The notes under the pieces: model-generated
The model's database searches: none
What the model saw: the letters and a program-made list of their open reading frames with translations, nothing else
What the model was told of the DNA's origin: nothing
Made by a program: the position numbers and the translations under genes
Part shown: in pieces, positions 23,428-33,857 of the stretch
Position numbering within the stretch: position 1 is the stretch's first letter
Layout of the letters: the number at the start of each line of letters is the position of its first letter
NCBI RefSeq assembly: GCF_030381805.1
Contig: NZ_JAUDRH010000016.1
Location: 69,711 to 133,710, forward strand
DNA: 64,000 nt
Direction: 5' to 3'
Source of the DNA: Chlorogloeopsis sp. ULAP01
GTDB taxonomy: Bacteria; Cyanobacteriota; Cyanobacteriia; Cyanobacteriales; Nostocaceae

Positions 23428-25143
23428 ATGAATAATCCCAATCCTCGTGACGTGCAGGTTTTACCAATCGCCACAAATACGACTGTACTCAGAGCGCGTA
23501 GTTGGACACGTCTGCGCTTTGAAATTGAATACGCACTTGCTAGAGGTACTACCTCGAATTGCTACTTAATCAAAGCTGATAAAACTGCTATTATCGACCC
23601 GCCGCCGGAAACTTTTACTCAAATTTACCTAGATGCATTGCGACAATGTCTCAATGATTGGGAAGGATTGGATTATGTAATCTTAGGTCATTTTAATCCT
23701 AACCGTGTCGCTACCCTCAAAGGGCTTTTAGATTTAATTCCAAAACTCACTTTTGTTTGCTCAGTTCCCTGCGCTGCCAATTTACGTGCTACTTTTCCTA
23801 ACCGTGAGTTGAAAATTATCACGATGCGGGGGAAAGAAACTCTGGATTTGGGACAAGGCCATGTTTTAAAATTTATTCCTATTCCTAGTCCACGATGGCC
23901 GACAGGACTTTGTACTTACGACGAGCAAACCCAAATACTTTACTCTAATAAATTATTTGGCGCGCATTTGTGTGGCGATGAAGTTTTTGATGAAGACTGG
24001 GATTTGTTGAAGGAAGATCAGCGCTACTACTTTGACTGCTTGATGGCTCCTCATGCAACTCAGGTACAAGCAGCTCTGGAGAAAATATCAGAAGTGCCGG
24101 TGAGAATGTATGCTCCTGCTCATGGGCCATTAATTCGTTATGGCTTGTTAGAGCTTACTAAAGCCTATGAGATATGGAGCCGATCGCAAACTGATCGTGA
24201 GATTAGGGTTGCCTTACTTTATGCTTCAGCTTACGGCAATACGGCAACTCTCGCCCAAGCTTTTGCTTTAGGACTCACCAAAGGAGGAGTAGCTTTAGAG
24301 ACGATCAACTGCGAATTTGCCGAACCTGATGAAATTCGCGCTGCCATTGAAAAGTGCGATGGCTTTATCATGGGTTCTCCCACGATCGGTGGTAATGCGC
24401 CTACTCCCATCCACACAGCCCTTGGTATTGTTCTATCCGTTGGTGATAACACTAAACTAGCTGGTGTCTTTGGTTCCTATGGTTGGAGTGGAGAAGCATT
24501 TGACTTAATAGAAGGAAAGCTCAAAGATGCTGGTTTTAAGTTTGGGTTTGAAACCTTAAAGGCAAGGTTTAAACCTACAGACGTTACTCTAAAAGAGTGT
24601 GAAGAAATGGGTACAGACTTTGCCCAAACACTCAAAAAAGCTAAAAAACAGCGAATGCCTCAACCAGCTGCTACTCCTGTTGAGCAGGCGATCGGCAGGA
24701 TAGTTGGTTCAGTTTGCGTTGTCACTGCCAAGCTTGGTGATATCTGTACCGGAATGCTTGGTGCTTGGGTATCACAAGCCACTTTTAATCCTCCAGGTAT
24801 TACGGTTGCGATCGCTAAAGATCGGGCAGTTGAGTCTCTAATGTATCCAGGAGGTAAGTTTGTTCTAAATATCCTGGGTGAAGAGAATTATCAAGATTAC
24901 ATGAAACACTTCCGTAAATCTTTTGCCCCAGGAGAAAATAGATTTGCAAGTTTTCCCACAGCAGTTGCAGATAACAGCTGTACAATTCTCACCGATGCTC
25001 TAGCATATCTTGAATGTTCGGTCAACAAACGTATGGAATGTGGTGACCATTGGGTTGTATATGCGATTGTTGACAATGGAAAATTACTCAAACCAGAAGG
25101 CATTACTGCTGTCCATCATCGCAAAGCGGGTAATCACTATTAA
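23428..25143 (+). CDS. flv1: flavodiiron protein, non-canonical diiron-site type (Flv1-like)
   Basis: Same three-module architecture, ending ...TAVHHRKAGNHY. Ligand motif replaced by HFNPNR. Start trimmed from the ORF-track start 23311 to MNNPNPRDVQVLPIATNT, because the upstream extension overlaps a GGGGACA repeat tract. Confidence 0.8.
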   Translation: MNNPNPRDVQVLPIATNTTVLRARSWTRLRFEIEYALARGTTSNCYLIKADKTAIIDPPPETFTQIYLDALRQCLNDWEGLDYVILGHFNPNRVATLKGLLDLIPKLTFVCSVPCAANLRATFPNRELKIITMRGKETLDLGQGHVLKFIPIPSPRWPTGLCTYDEQTQILYSNKLFGAHLCGDEVFDEDWDLLKEDQRYYFDCLMAPHATQVQAALEKISEVPVRMYAPAHGPLIRYGLLELTKAYEIWSRSQTDREIRVALLYASAYGNTATLAQAFALGLTKGGVALETINCEFAEPDEIRAAIEKCDGFIMGSPTIGGNAPTPIHTALGIVLSVGDNTKLAGVFGSYGWSGEAFDLIEGKLKDAGFKFGFETLKARFKPTDVTLKECEEMGTDFAQTLKKAKKQRMPQPAATPVEQAIGRIVGSVCVVTAKLGDICTGMLGAWVSQATFNPPGITVAIAKDRAVESLMYPGGKFVLNILGEENYQDYMKHFRKSFAPGENRFASFPTAVADNSCTILTDALAYLECSVNKRMECGDHWVVYAIVDNGKLLKPEGITAVHHRKAGNHY

Positions 25144-25225
25144 TTATTACCTTAAGTCATGTCGCCTTGCTGGTATGATGTAGAGACTGAGAAAAATTTT
25201 ACTTAATCGAAAAAGTTAAATATTC

Positions 25226-25256
25226 CCTCAAGCCCACAAAAGTGGGTTTTTTTATC
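25226..25256 (+). terminator. rho-independent terminator after flv pair
   Basis: cccac-aaaa-gtggg followed by ttttttt. Confidence 0.6.
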
Positions 25257-26021
25257 ATGAATTACGTAGTAACAAGTGTTGATTTTACTGATTTGGTAAC
25301 TAAGCTTGCGAACTTTGTTTGATAGTAATTTTACTGGCTCTTAAAATCGCGATCGCTCTACAAAGTATAAGCACTTTTTCGTATAATTTGGAGATTGATC
25401 CTATTTAACTATTTGAAATTCCGGATTAAATTTCCTAAACAAGAATAATCAGTCAGTTCATTTAATTTTTCTATTCTTTGGTATGTTATATTCTATGCTT
25501 TTTTCGAGTTTTATACATTTAAATAGTTACTTAAAATACCGATAAAAAGATAATATAAAATATTGAGCAAGAGAGTTGCTCAATTTTCCGCAATTGCCCT
25601 AAGGACAATTGAATATATATTGTGTACGGTTTAACTAGGGAATCAGTAACAGGCACCTTGAATATCAGATGCCGTCTACTGCTACGACAGTTTTATAGTT
25701 TTTCATGCTCTTATGACTCCAAAACACACCAAAATCAGATTTCCTCTCTGGCAGTATCTGAACCAGCCCCTTTTTAGTAGTGATACTAAATTAGTATTAG
25801 ATCCTCGTCGCTTCGCATATCTTTACAGGATTGAACTTCTTAAAAGGTGCTGGACTAAGGAATGTGACGCAAAAGGGCCTTTTTAAAACTAAATAGTCGC
25901 AATTTAAAATTGACGATTTCAGTTGCACAACATTAATGCCCCTAGTACAAACTGTGGGGCGTTAATCAAAAATTTTAAATTTTATAAACCTGTAGCGTTG
26001 GCAAAGGCATCAATATATTTA

Positions 26022-26050
26022 ACCTCGTCCAGAGAACGAGGTTTTTTGCT
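26022..26050 (+). terminator. orphan rho-independent terminator in non-coding region
   Basis: cctcgt-ccagagaa-acgagg followed by tttttt. No upstream ORF, which suggests a small non-coding transcript ending here. Confidence 0.5.
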
Positions 26051-26421
26051 GTAGAGCACAGCACTCACAGTTATATCTCCCATCAGATTAACTGCTGAGT
26101 GAGATTGAGATGCAATCCCAGTTTTGAGCCACAAATAATGCAGACATGGCTTCATACAGAGTACGCAATAAACTGTGTATAAAATTTTGCAGATTTAAAC
26201 TAATTTTTAAATTTTTTCTTTAATCGTCTTAACATATTTATTATAAATATTACGCAATAATACGTGTAGTTTATAAAGTTTTTATACAAAAAATTTACAT
26301 TTAACCTTTATATCATTTTTATTTACTTTTTAATAACCTTCTGTTAACCTAATTTTTATGTATTTTAACAAAATGGTTAGCAATCGGCTTAAATACAACA
26401 TTTAAGAATAATATATCAATC

Positions 26422-27474
26422 ATGACTAAGATAGAGAGTAGACAAGACAAGCAAAAATTTCTAGGAAAGTGTTTAGTTAAGGCAGGATTGTTAACACCAG
26501 ACCAATTAAAAACGGCACTTAGTGAACAAGTTTCATCTGGCAGAAAGTTACAAGAAATTCTCACAATGCGTGGCTGGGTTGAGCAGCAAACTATAGATTT
26601 TTTTATGGAAAATTTGGTATTTACCAACCTATTAATACCCAAGGAAAAACAGTTGTCTCAAAATCGAGATAATAGGCAAGATAACAATTTTTTAGAACAA
26701 ACTAAAAGTAGATATGTTGATTCAGTAAATAGTGGTTTAACATTGCAGAAAGTTTTATTGTGTCTCTCTCCTAAAAACACCTTGCGATTGCTGCTTTTGT
26801 TGATAATATTTCTTTGCACAATTAGTTTTGCTGGACAGTTTTCTTTATACTTCCTACCTGACTATCCTTTGAGGGATTTATTAATATATTTATTTAATGT
26901 CGATCAAGAGAGAAATTTTCCTAGCCTGTATTCAGCGATTGCTTTGTTATTTTGTTCTATTCTTCTGTTTTTAATCACCTCTGCCAAAAAAATAGCTGGT
27001 GAAGCCCATATCTCTCACTGGAGAGCATTAACAATTATTTTTGTATGTTTGTCTATAGATGAACTTATGAGCTTTCATGAACTTCTGATTGCGCCAACGC
27101 AAAAGTTATTCAATACTAGTGGCTTTCTTTACTTTGCTTGGGTGATACCTGGTGCTATATTCGTACTCATGTTCCTATTAGCGTTTTTAAAATTTATCAC
27201 TGCTCTTCCCAAAAAAATAAAACGCTTATTTTTAATAGCTGGGACAATCTACATAAGTGGTACTATTGGGATAGAAATGTTGGGTGGCTACCAGGCAAAT
27301 TTGTATGGTCAGGACAATATAATTTATGCTGTCATCACAACTATTGAAGAGTTTTTAGAGATGCTGGGTATAGTTATTTTTATTTATGCCTTAATGTCGT
27401 ATATTAGTACACACATTAAAGGTATATCTCTAAATATTATTATTAATCACAATCAGAAAATAGTTAATAATTAA
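26422..27474 (+). CDS. membrane protein with N-terminal T2SS GspE-N-like domain
   Basis: 350 aa. N-terminus LGKCLVKAGLLTPDQLKTALSEQVSSGRKLQEILTMRGWVEQQTIDFFMENL resembles the GspE/PilB N-terminal domain. About six predicted TM helices follow. Very AT-rich gene in an AT-rich patch. Confidence 0.6.
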   Translation: MTKIESRQDKQKFLGKCLVKAGLLTPDQLKTALSEQVSSGRKLQEILTMRGWVEQQTIDFFMENLVFTNLLIPKEKQLSQNRDNRQDNNFLEQTKSRYVDSVNSGLTLQKVLLCLSPKNTLRLLLLLIIFLCTISFAGQFSLYFLPDYPLRDLLIYLFNVDQERNFPSLYSAIALLFCSILLFLITSAKKIAGEAHISHWRALTIIFVCLSIDELMSFHELLIAPTQKLFNTSGFLYFAWVIPGAIFVLMFLLAFLKFITALPKKIKRLFLIAGTIYISGTIGIEMLGGYQANLYGQDNIIYAVITTIEEFLEMLGIVIFIYALMSYISTHIKGISLNIIINHNQKIVNN

Positions 27475-27753
27475 ACTACTAATTTGAAACCTATAATGGG
27501 TGAAGCAGATGTTAAAGTTATACATCTAAACAGCAATTTATCGCTTGTTCTTTGTTGACTCTATCATCAATACTTTATGAGCAACCACCTCAATCTGCTG
27601 TCTGGCAGTCATAGCGAGGTGGTTTGAACTTTGAGATAAAAGTGCGATCGCTTACCTACTATTAGCAAAATTTGCTTGCTAGCATACATAGAGGCTGCAC
27701 AGCTGTAGTTTAATGGAAAACACTTGTGTTGTTCGCTCATGTAGGGAAAACGT

Positions 27754-30387
27754 ATGTCCTTTGTTCCTTTGCACATTCACAGTGATTACAGCCTGCTGGA
27801 TGGTGCGAGTCAATTACCAAATTTAGTGGATCGCGCGATCGAGTTGGGCATGAAAGCGATCGCCCTAACGGATCATGGGGTGATGTACGGGGCGATCGAA
27901 CTAATTAAAATCTGCCGCAGCAAGAATATTAAGCCAATTATCGGCAATGAAATGTATGTGATTAACGGCGATATCACAAAACAAGAGCGCCGTCCGCGTT
28001 ATCATCAAGTTGTTTTGGCAAAAAATACAAAAGGTTATAAAAATTTAGTAAAATTAACGTCGCTTTCTCACCTCCAAGGTGTGCAAGGCAAAGGTATTTT
28101 TTCCCGTCCTTGTATTAATAAAGAATTACTCAAAGAATATCGTGAAGGATTAATAGTTACTAGTGCTTGTTTAGGTGGTGAAGTCCCTCAAGCAATTCTT
28201 GCTGGCAAACCAGATATTGCAAGAAGAGTAGCACAGTGGTACAAAGATGTATTTGGTGAAGATTATTATTTAGAAATTCAAGATCACGGCTCTCCAGAAG
28301 ACCGGATTGTAAATGTAGAAATTATTAAAATTGCACGTGAGTTAGGGATTAAATTTGTCGCTACAAATGATTCTCATTACATTTCTTGTTATGACGTAGA
28401 AGCACACGATGCTTTGTTATGTATTCAGACTGGTAAATTAATTATTGAAGATAACCGAATGCGTTATAGCGGCACAGAATATCTGAAATCTGCTGAAGAA
28501 ATGAAGCAGTTATTTCGCGATCACCTACCAGATGAAGTCATTGAAGAAGCAGTAAGTACAACTTTAGAAGTAGCAGATAAAGTCGAACCTTACAATATTC
28601 TGGGTGAACCTCGCATTCCTAATTATCCGATTCCATCAGGACATACAGCAGATACTTACGTCGAAGAAATTGCTTGGCAAGGACTTTTAGAAAGACTGAA
28701 TCGTAAATCTCGTAACGAAATCGATTCAGTTTACAAAGAAAGACTGGAATACGAATTAAAAATGATTCAGCAAATGGGTTTTTCCACATACTTTTTAGTG
28801 GTGTGGGATTATATCAAATTTGCTAGAGATAATGATATACCAGTGGGGCCTGGTCGTGGTTCGGCTGCTGGCTCTTTGGTAGCCTATACGATGGGAATCA
28901 CCAATATTGATCCGGTACATCATGGCTTACTTTTTGAAAGATTTCTCAATCCAGAACGTAAATCTATGCCTGATATTGATACAGATTTCTGTATTGAAAA
29001 ACGGGATCAAGTCATTGATTATGTGAATGAAAAATACGGCACAGAAAGAGTAGCCCAAATCATTACTTTTAACCGCATGACTTCCAAGGCGGTATTAAAA
29101 GATGTCGCTAGAGTATTAAATATTCCTTACGGGGAAGCAGACAAGATGGCGAAGATGATTCCCGTGTCACGGGGGAAACCAGCGCCGCTCAAAAAGATGA
29201 TTTCTGATGAAACGCCAGAACCAGAATTTAAAGCAAAATACGATAACGATCCAAAAGTTCGCCATTGGCTAGATATGGCAATTCGCATTGAAGGAACTAA
29301 CAAAACCTTTGGTGTTCATGCCGCAGGTGTGGTAATTTCTGCTGAACCTTTGGATCAAATTGTACCGCTACAAAGAAATAATGATGGTTCTGTAATTACC
29401 CAGTATTTTATGGAAGACTTAGAATTGCTGGGTTTGTTAAAGATGGATTTTCTGGGTTTAAAGAACTTGACAATGATCCAGAAGACTATTGAATTAATTG
29501 AAGAAAATCATGGATTTAAAATTGACCCCTATGTAATTACCGCTCAAGAAAGAAAAGCTCAAAAAATATTAGCTAAAGGTGGGGAAAGTGCCAAACTTCC
29601 TCATGATGTGAGAAAGACTTATGAACTGTTAGAAGCAGGTGAATTAGAAGGTGTATTTCAGTTAGAATCTTCTGGAATGCGCCAGATAGTGCGTGATTTA
29701 AAACCTTCTAATATAGAAGATATTTCTTCAATTTTAGCTCTTTATCGACCTGGGCCTTTAGATGCTGGATTAATTCCAAAATTCATTAACCGCAAGCACG
29801 GGCGGGAAAATATTGATTACGAACACACTGTTTTAGAACCAATACTAGATGAGACTTATGGAATTATGGTCTATCAAGAGCAAATTATGAAAATTGCTCA
29901 AGATATGGCTGGATATTCTTTAGGGCAAGCTGATTTGCTACGCCGAGCAATGGGTAAAAAGAAAGTTTCGGAGATGCAAAAACAGCGAGAAAAGTTTATC
30001 GATGGTGCAGCTAAAAACGGTGTTAAACAACAAATTGCTGAGGATTTATTCGAGCAGATGTTGAAATTTGCTGAATATTGCTTGAGTTACGATACAGCAA
30101 TTTTGACGGTAGAATATGGTTTTTTAACTATTGGAGAGATTGTAGAAAAAAGTATTGAGTGTACGATTTATACGGTTGATAGTAACGGTTATGTGTACAC
30201 GCAACCTATAGCTCAGTGGCATAATCGCGGTGAACAAGAGGTGTTTGAATATTCTTTAGAAGATGGTTCGATGATTCGAGCTACTAAAGACCACAAATTT
30301 ATGACAACTGACGGGCAAATGTTGCCGATTGATGAAATATTTGCACGGGAGTTGGATTTAATGCAAGTCAAGGGATTGCCGGAATAA
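27754..30387 (+). CDS. dnaE: DNA polymerase III alpha subunit, N-terminal split fragment fused to DnaE N-intein
   Basis: 877 aa. PHP domain ([17 protein letters not shown]) and polymerase core. Ends with a 102-aa split-intein N piece, so the C-terminal half must be encoded elsewhere. Confidence 0.95.
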   Translation: MSFVPLHIHSDYSLLDGASQLPNLVDRAIELGMKAIALTDHGVMYGAIELIKICRSKNIKPIIGNEMYVINGDITKQERRPRYHQVVLAKNTKGYKNLVKLTSLSHLQGVQGKGIFSRPCINKELLKEYREGLIVTSACLGGEVPQAILAGKPDIARRVAQWYKDVFGEDYYLEIQDHGSPEDRIVNVEIIKIARELGIKFVATNDSHYISCYDVEAHDALLCIQTGKLIIEDNRMRYSGTEYLKSAEEMKQLFRDHLPDEVIEEAVSTTLEVADKVEPYNILGEPRIPNYPIPSGHTADTYVEEIAWQGLLERLNRKSRNEIDSVYKERLEYELKMIQQMGFSTYFLVVWDYIKFARDNDIPVGPGRGSAAGSLVAYTMGITNIDPVHHGLLFERFLNPERKSMPDIDTDFCIEKRDQVIDYVNEKYGTERVAQIITFNRMTSKAVLKDVARVLNIPYGEADKMAKMIPVSRGKPAPLKKMISDETPEPEFKAKYDNDPKVRHWLDMAIRIEGTNKTFGVHAAGVVISAEPLDQIVPLQRNNDGSVITQYFMEDLELLGLLKMDFLGLKNLTMIQKTIELIEENHGFKIDPYVITAQERKAQKILAKGGESAKLPHDVRKTYELLEAGELEGVFQLESSGMRQIVRDLKPSNIEDISSILALYRPGPLDAGLIPKFINRKHGRENIDYEHTVLEPILDETYGIMVYQEQIMKIAQDMAGYSLGQADLLRRAMGKKKVSEMQKQREKFIDGAAKNGVKQQIAEDLFEQMLKFAEYCLSYDTAILTVEYGFLTIGEIVEKSIECTIYTVDSNGYVYTQPIAQWHNRGEQEVFEYSLEDGSMIRATKDHKFMTTDGQMLPIDEIFARELDLMQVKGLPE
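30079..30384 (+). other. DnaE split intein, N-terminal fragment (IntN)
   Basis: [102 protein letters not shown]. Very close to the recalled Nostoc punctiforme DnaE IntN. Begins with the catalytic Cys1 right after the extein ...FAEY. Confidence 0.9.
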
Positions 30388-30388
30388 C

Positions 30389-30988
30389 TTAACTTTGCCG
30401 GAGAGTATCTCTATAGGCTTTTACTGCCTGGGTTTGACTAGGTAATTTAACATACTGAGCCAAAATAGATAAATCTAATTCTGGTAAAAATTCACTGCGA
30501 GGAATGAGTTCATATCCTTCCTGACGCAACCTATAAACAGAAAACTGATTGTTCTGCCAAAACCAAACTTCAGGTACTCCTAAACCCTGGTAGACAGATA
30601 ATTTATGAATACCACCACTGGAGAGAACAACTTCGATCGCAATATCAGGAACTTCTTTGAGTTCGCCAAAACAATAACATTCATCCGGTTCTAGCCCCCT
30701 GGCTTTGGCTTGTTTGCGAAAGGTAGTGGAACCGTAACCAGTTAAGTCAATGTCTTTTTCTAATGCGTAGATTTCGATTAAACGCGCGATCGCTTTTTTG
30801 TTTACCTCATGTTCCGGCGATGGACTCATAATTTCCAGGGTTCCCTCAAGATAAGTCATCCGCAACCCTGGGATATCATCTAAGGTTGCTCGCAAGGTTT
30901 CGTATTGTTCCCAACTCACATTATTAAGTATGAGGCGTTGTTCTCCAGTACTTAGACTGCCTAGTTGCTGTACAAGATTGCTCGTCAT
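30389..30988 (-). CDS. Uma2-family (DUF820) putative endonuclease
   Basis: 199 aa. PD-(D/E)xK-like pattern (YLEGTLEIMSPSPEHE ... DIAIEVV). The family is highly expanded in Nostocales. Convergent with dnaE-n, 1 nt apart. Confidence 0.8.
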   Translation of the reverse strand: MTSNLVQQLGSLSTGEQRLILNNVSWEQYETLRATLDDIPGLRMTYLEGTLEIMSPSPEHEVNKKAIARLIEIYALEKDIDLTGYGSTTFRKQAKARGLEPDECYCFGELKEVPDIAIEVVLSSGGIHKLSVYQGLGVPEVWFWQNNQFSVYRLRQEGYELIPRSEFLPELDLSILAQYVKLPSQTQAVKAYRDTLRQS

Positions 30989-31207
30989 GGCTGTAATTGA
31001 TTTGCCGTAGAGATGTTTGTAGGGGATGATTCTATTTTCACGTTTATAAGCTATGAGTGGTAAAATTCACCTCCTCATCTGAAATATCTTGCACGCCTAT
31101 GCAACAGCCTGAAGGCGGCAGCCCACCACCCTCGTTACCAGGTTCAACCTGGTAACGAGAATTAGAACCTCTGGCTCTTGTTTATCAGCAATAAGGCACA
31201 GTTCCTT

Positions 31208-32794
31208 TTATTGCCGATTAATCCGAATCAATTCCGTCAAAATGCTATCCAAGCTCCCATTCACTTGAATTTTTTCAATCTTCTCTGCAATTCGCTCTAG
31301 TACTTCCAATTCTTTCAAACGCAAGGCAACGGGGTTATCCTCCATTACCTTAGCTGTATTCAACATACTGCGAGTAGCAGCAGTTTCTTCACGGCGACGG
31401 ACTACATTTGCTTGGGCTGCTTTTTCGGCTTCTACTACCTTGCTCAAAATTGTCCTAATCTCACCAGGGAGAATAATATCTTTAACCCCAACCGAATCTA
31501 CTTCAATTCCATAGTCTGTTGTTTTCTGGTGAATATAATCAAAAATACTCCTATCAATCGCGCCTTTATCCTCCAACAACGCATCTAAAGTTCTTTCACC
31601 AACAGCACCACGCAAAGCAAACTGTAGTTCTTTGTATAAGTAGCTAGTAATATCCGATAAACTGTTTTTGGCTGTGAGTGGATCGAGGATGCGGAAGCCA
31701 GCAGTTAAGTTTAAGCGCAAAGGCACTTTATCTTTGGAAAGAATATCTTGACCAGATACTTCCATAGTTTGCTGGCGAAGGTCAAATACTTCGGTTTGTA
31801 AAGAACGCCTAAACACCCACCAGGCGTGCTTTCCTGGCTGGAGTTGAGTTTGAAACTCTTGATTAACGTACAGCAATCCAATATGCTGCGCGGGTACTTC
31901 GCAAATATGCAAACAATAGCGGCTCAAAGCAAGAGCCTCTGGCAAACCCGTAACTAACTCAGCAATCAAGCGAGAGGGCAACTTAGCATCAGTGCTAATG
32001 TCAATCACCTCTACTTCCACACCTTGCCAAAATAGCTTGCGACTGCATGGCGGTAGAATGGCGATCGCTTTACCTTGATAGCGGGCGATCGCTACTTGCT
32101 GATTCTGTAATTGAACTATCTCGCAGTAAGCCACGACAAACTCAGGGTGCCGCTCAATTAACACATCCTCCAAGGGAAAGTCTGGATTGGGTACAATACG
32201 ACTGAGAGTTCGGACGGAAACATCTCTATTAACCACCCAGAAAGCATACTCACCTGATTCTAGCGGTCGTACAAAGTCATTCTGCACGTACAGCAAACCA
32301 ATCTCATACTCCGAGATTTGAAACTTTTTGATTCCACTCAAGGCAATTCCACGTAGTTGCTGTACAAACTCCGTAGGTAATTCCAAGCTTTCATTCAAAT
32401 TGAAAAGATGAGATTCTACCTCAATAAAACCACGCCAAAAAGCTCGCAGTTGATTTGGTGCAATACTGATCCAATTTTGTCCGAGGCGCAATAAAGCGGC
32501 TTGATTGAATGCAGTCCTTACTACCAAGAGATATTGCTGTAACTCCAAACTGTGATTTCGCAGCAACAGTTCCAAGTTCTCTATTTTCGCTTCTGGTTGG
32601 TTGAGATCGTAGGTTTTGACTTGCCAATAGCAACCAAAATAAGTGTAAGTCCCAGGTTGCAAAATTTTTTTAAAATCACTACGGTGATATAGAATACCAA
32701 TTTCGTTAGGTTTGATATAGAAAGTTTTCCACATAGAAATTTGCATAGATAACTTAGGCAGTTGTAGGCGACGCAGAAGGTTTGATAAAGACAT
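31208..32794 (-). CDS. SPFH/band-7 domain protein with repeated N-terminal SPFH-like segments
   Basis: 528 aa. C-terminal complete SPFH domain (GQDILSKDKVPLRLNLTAGFRIL... IEVDSVGVKDIILPGEIRTILSKVVEAEKAAQ). Two further EIG(I/L)LY...LxPG...W starts lie upstream. Confidence 0.75.
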   Translation of the reverse strand: MSLSNLLRRLQLPKLSMQISMWKTFYIKPNEIGILYHRSDFKKILQPGTYTYFGCYWQVKTYDLNQPEAKIENLELLLRNHSLELQQYLLVVRTAFNQAALLRLGQNWISIAPNQLRAFWRGFIEVESHLFNLNESLELPTEFVQQLRGIALSGIKKFQISEYEIGLLYVQNDFVRPLESGEYAFWVVNRDVSVRTLSRIVPNPDFPLEDVLIERHPEFVVAYCEIVQLQNQQVAIARYQGKAIAILPPCSRKLFWQGVEVEVIDISTDAKLPSRLIAELVTGLPEALALSRYCLHICEVPAQHIGLLYVNQEFQTQLQPGKHAWWVFRRSLQTEVFDLRQQTMEVSGQDILSKDKVPLRLNLTAGFRILDPLTAKNSLSDITSYLYKELQFALRGAVGERTLDALLEDKGAIDRSIFDYIHQKTTDYGIEVDSVGVKDIILPGEIRTILSKVVEAEKAAQANVVRRREETAATRSMLNTAKVMEDNPVALRLKELEVLERIAEKIEKIQVNGSLDSILTELIRINRQ

Positions 32795-33362
32795 TTATAT
32801 ATTTGGCGTGAAGAATTTGTCCCTGTGTTTTTGGAAAGGGCTGGGCATCGTGTATAAGAGACTCCGGCGTTGCCTTTCCTGCCAAAGTCAGAGAAGTAGA
32901 ACTTACGCACCAGTCACGGAAGAATAAAACCACTCCAGGCACGGAGGAATAAGAGTTAGAGAGGTATTTTGCGTAAGTCCTGAGAAGGAATTAATTTATG
33001 TAATACATATACTACATTATATTTTTAAACTCTGCAAATGCAGGTGTTTGCAGCTCAGTTGCGGGCAATTGCATCTCCAAAACTGGATTAGGATTGCTGC
33101 TACTTTCCCTCAATTAACCCAAGGGCAATCTAGAAAAAGAAAACAGCGCTCAAATACGCCGTTCAGTTTGCCAGATCCTGAAAATTGGATTTAGAAAACG
33201 AAGGGACATACTCAAGTTATGGAGAAAACAATTGCACTAGCTCCTTTACTGTTACTACCGACATCACGGATGATGTGCAGTAGTAAGCACCTACATCGCA
33301 GAGTTTTAATTAAATTTGAATTCGGCTACCCTTGACAGGATAGTGTCTTTTGACGGGGTTTT

Positions 33363-33437
33363 TGGTCGCAGAAAATGGATTTGAACCACTGACCTTTGGG
33401 TATACACCCAACGAGCTACCCAACTGCTCTATTCCGC
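33363..33437 (-). tRNA. tRNA-like gene with 6-nt anticodon loop (possible pseudo-tRNA)
   Basis: Minus-strand RNA GCGGAAT-A-GAGC-AGTTGGGTA-GCTC-G-TTGGG-TGTATA-CCCAA-AGGTC-AGTGG-TTCAAAT-CCATT-...ACCA. Good D- and T-arms and an encoded CCA. Anticodon loop is only 6 nt, and the acceptor pairs imperfectly. Confidence 0.4.
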
Positions 33438-33464
33438 AAATTTGTCTTTTAACCCGGATAGGGT

Positions 33465-33538
<74 letters not shown>

Positions 33539-33541
33539 GGG

Positions 33542-33611
33542 AGTTTGATGTAGGAATTGAACCTACGTCCAGCCGATGACTTCGGATGCTCTGCCACTGA
33601 GCTAATCAAAC
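33542..33611 (-). tRNA. tRNA-like gene with shortened anticodon arm (GTC anticodon context; possible pseudo-tRNA)
   Basis: GTTTGAT-TA-GCTC-AGTGGCA-GAGC-...CCGAAGTCATCGG...-GTAGG-TTCAATT-CCTAC-ATCAAAC-T. Perfect acceptor, D- and T-arms. The region between them is 2 nt too short for a normal anticodon arm plus variable loop. Confidence 0.4.
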
Positions 33612-33857
33612 AATGGAGTAGTGACGCATTGCTGTGCGATATACGCTCAATCCAGAGGTTGGCGCACCAGTCGGGCATAAGGAACCCAAACTATAGCTTG
33701 GCAAATGTATTACTACTTCTTACTATATGTAGCACAAGTAAGTATGAGATGGTAGTGAATAATTACTTACTCAGCTAGACAAAGGATTGAATACTAGCTA
33801 AGAGGTCATTTGTAAAGTAAATATTAAGTAGGGAATCCCTGACTTGCGCATAATTGT

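Noticed and set aside
33557-33778. 73-aa plus-strand ORF
   Set aside because: Overlaps the tRNA-like cluster antisense. No coding features.
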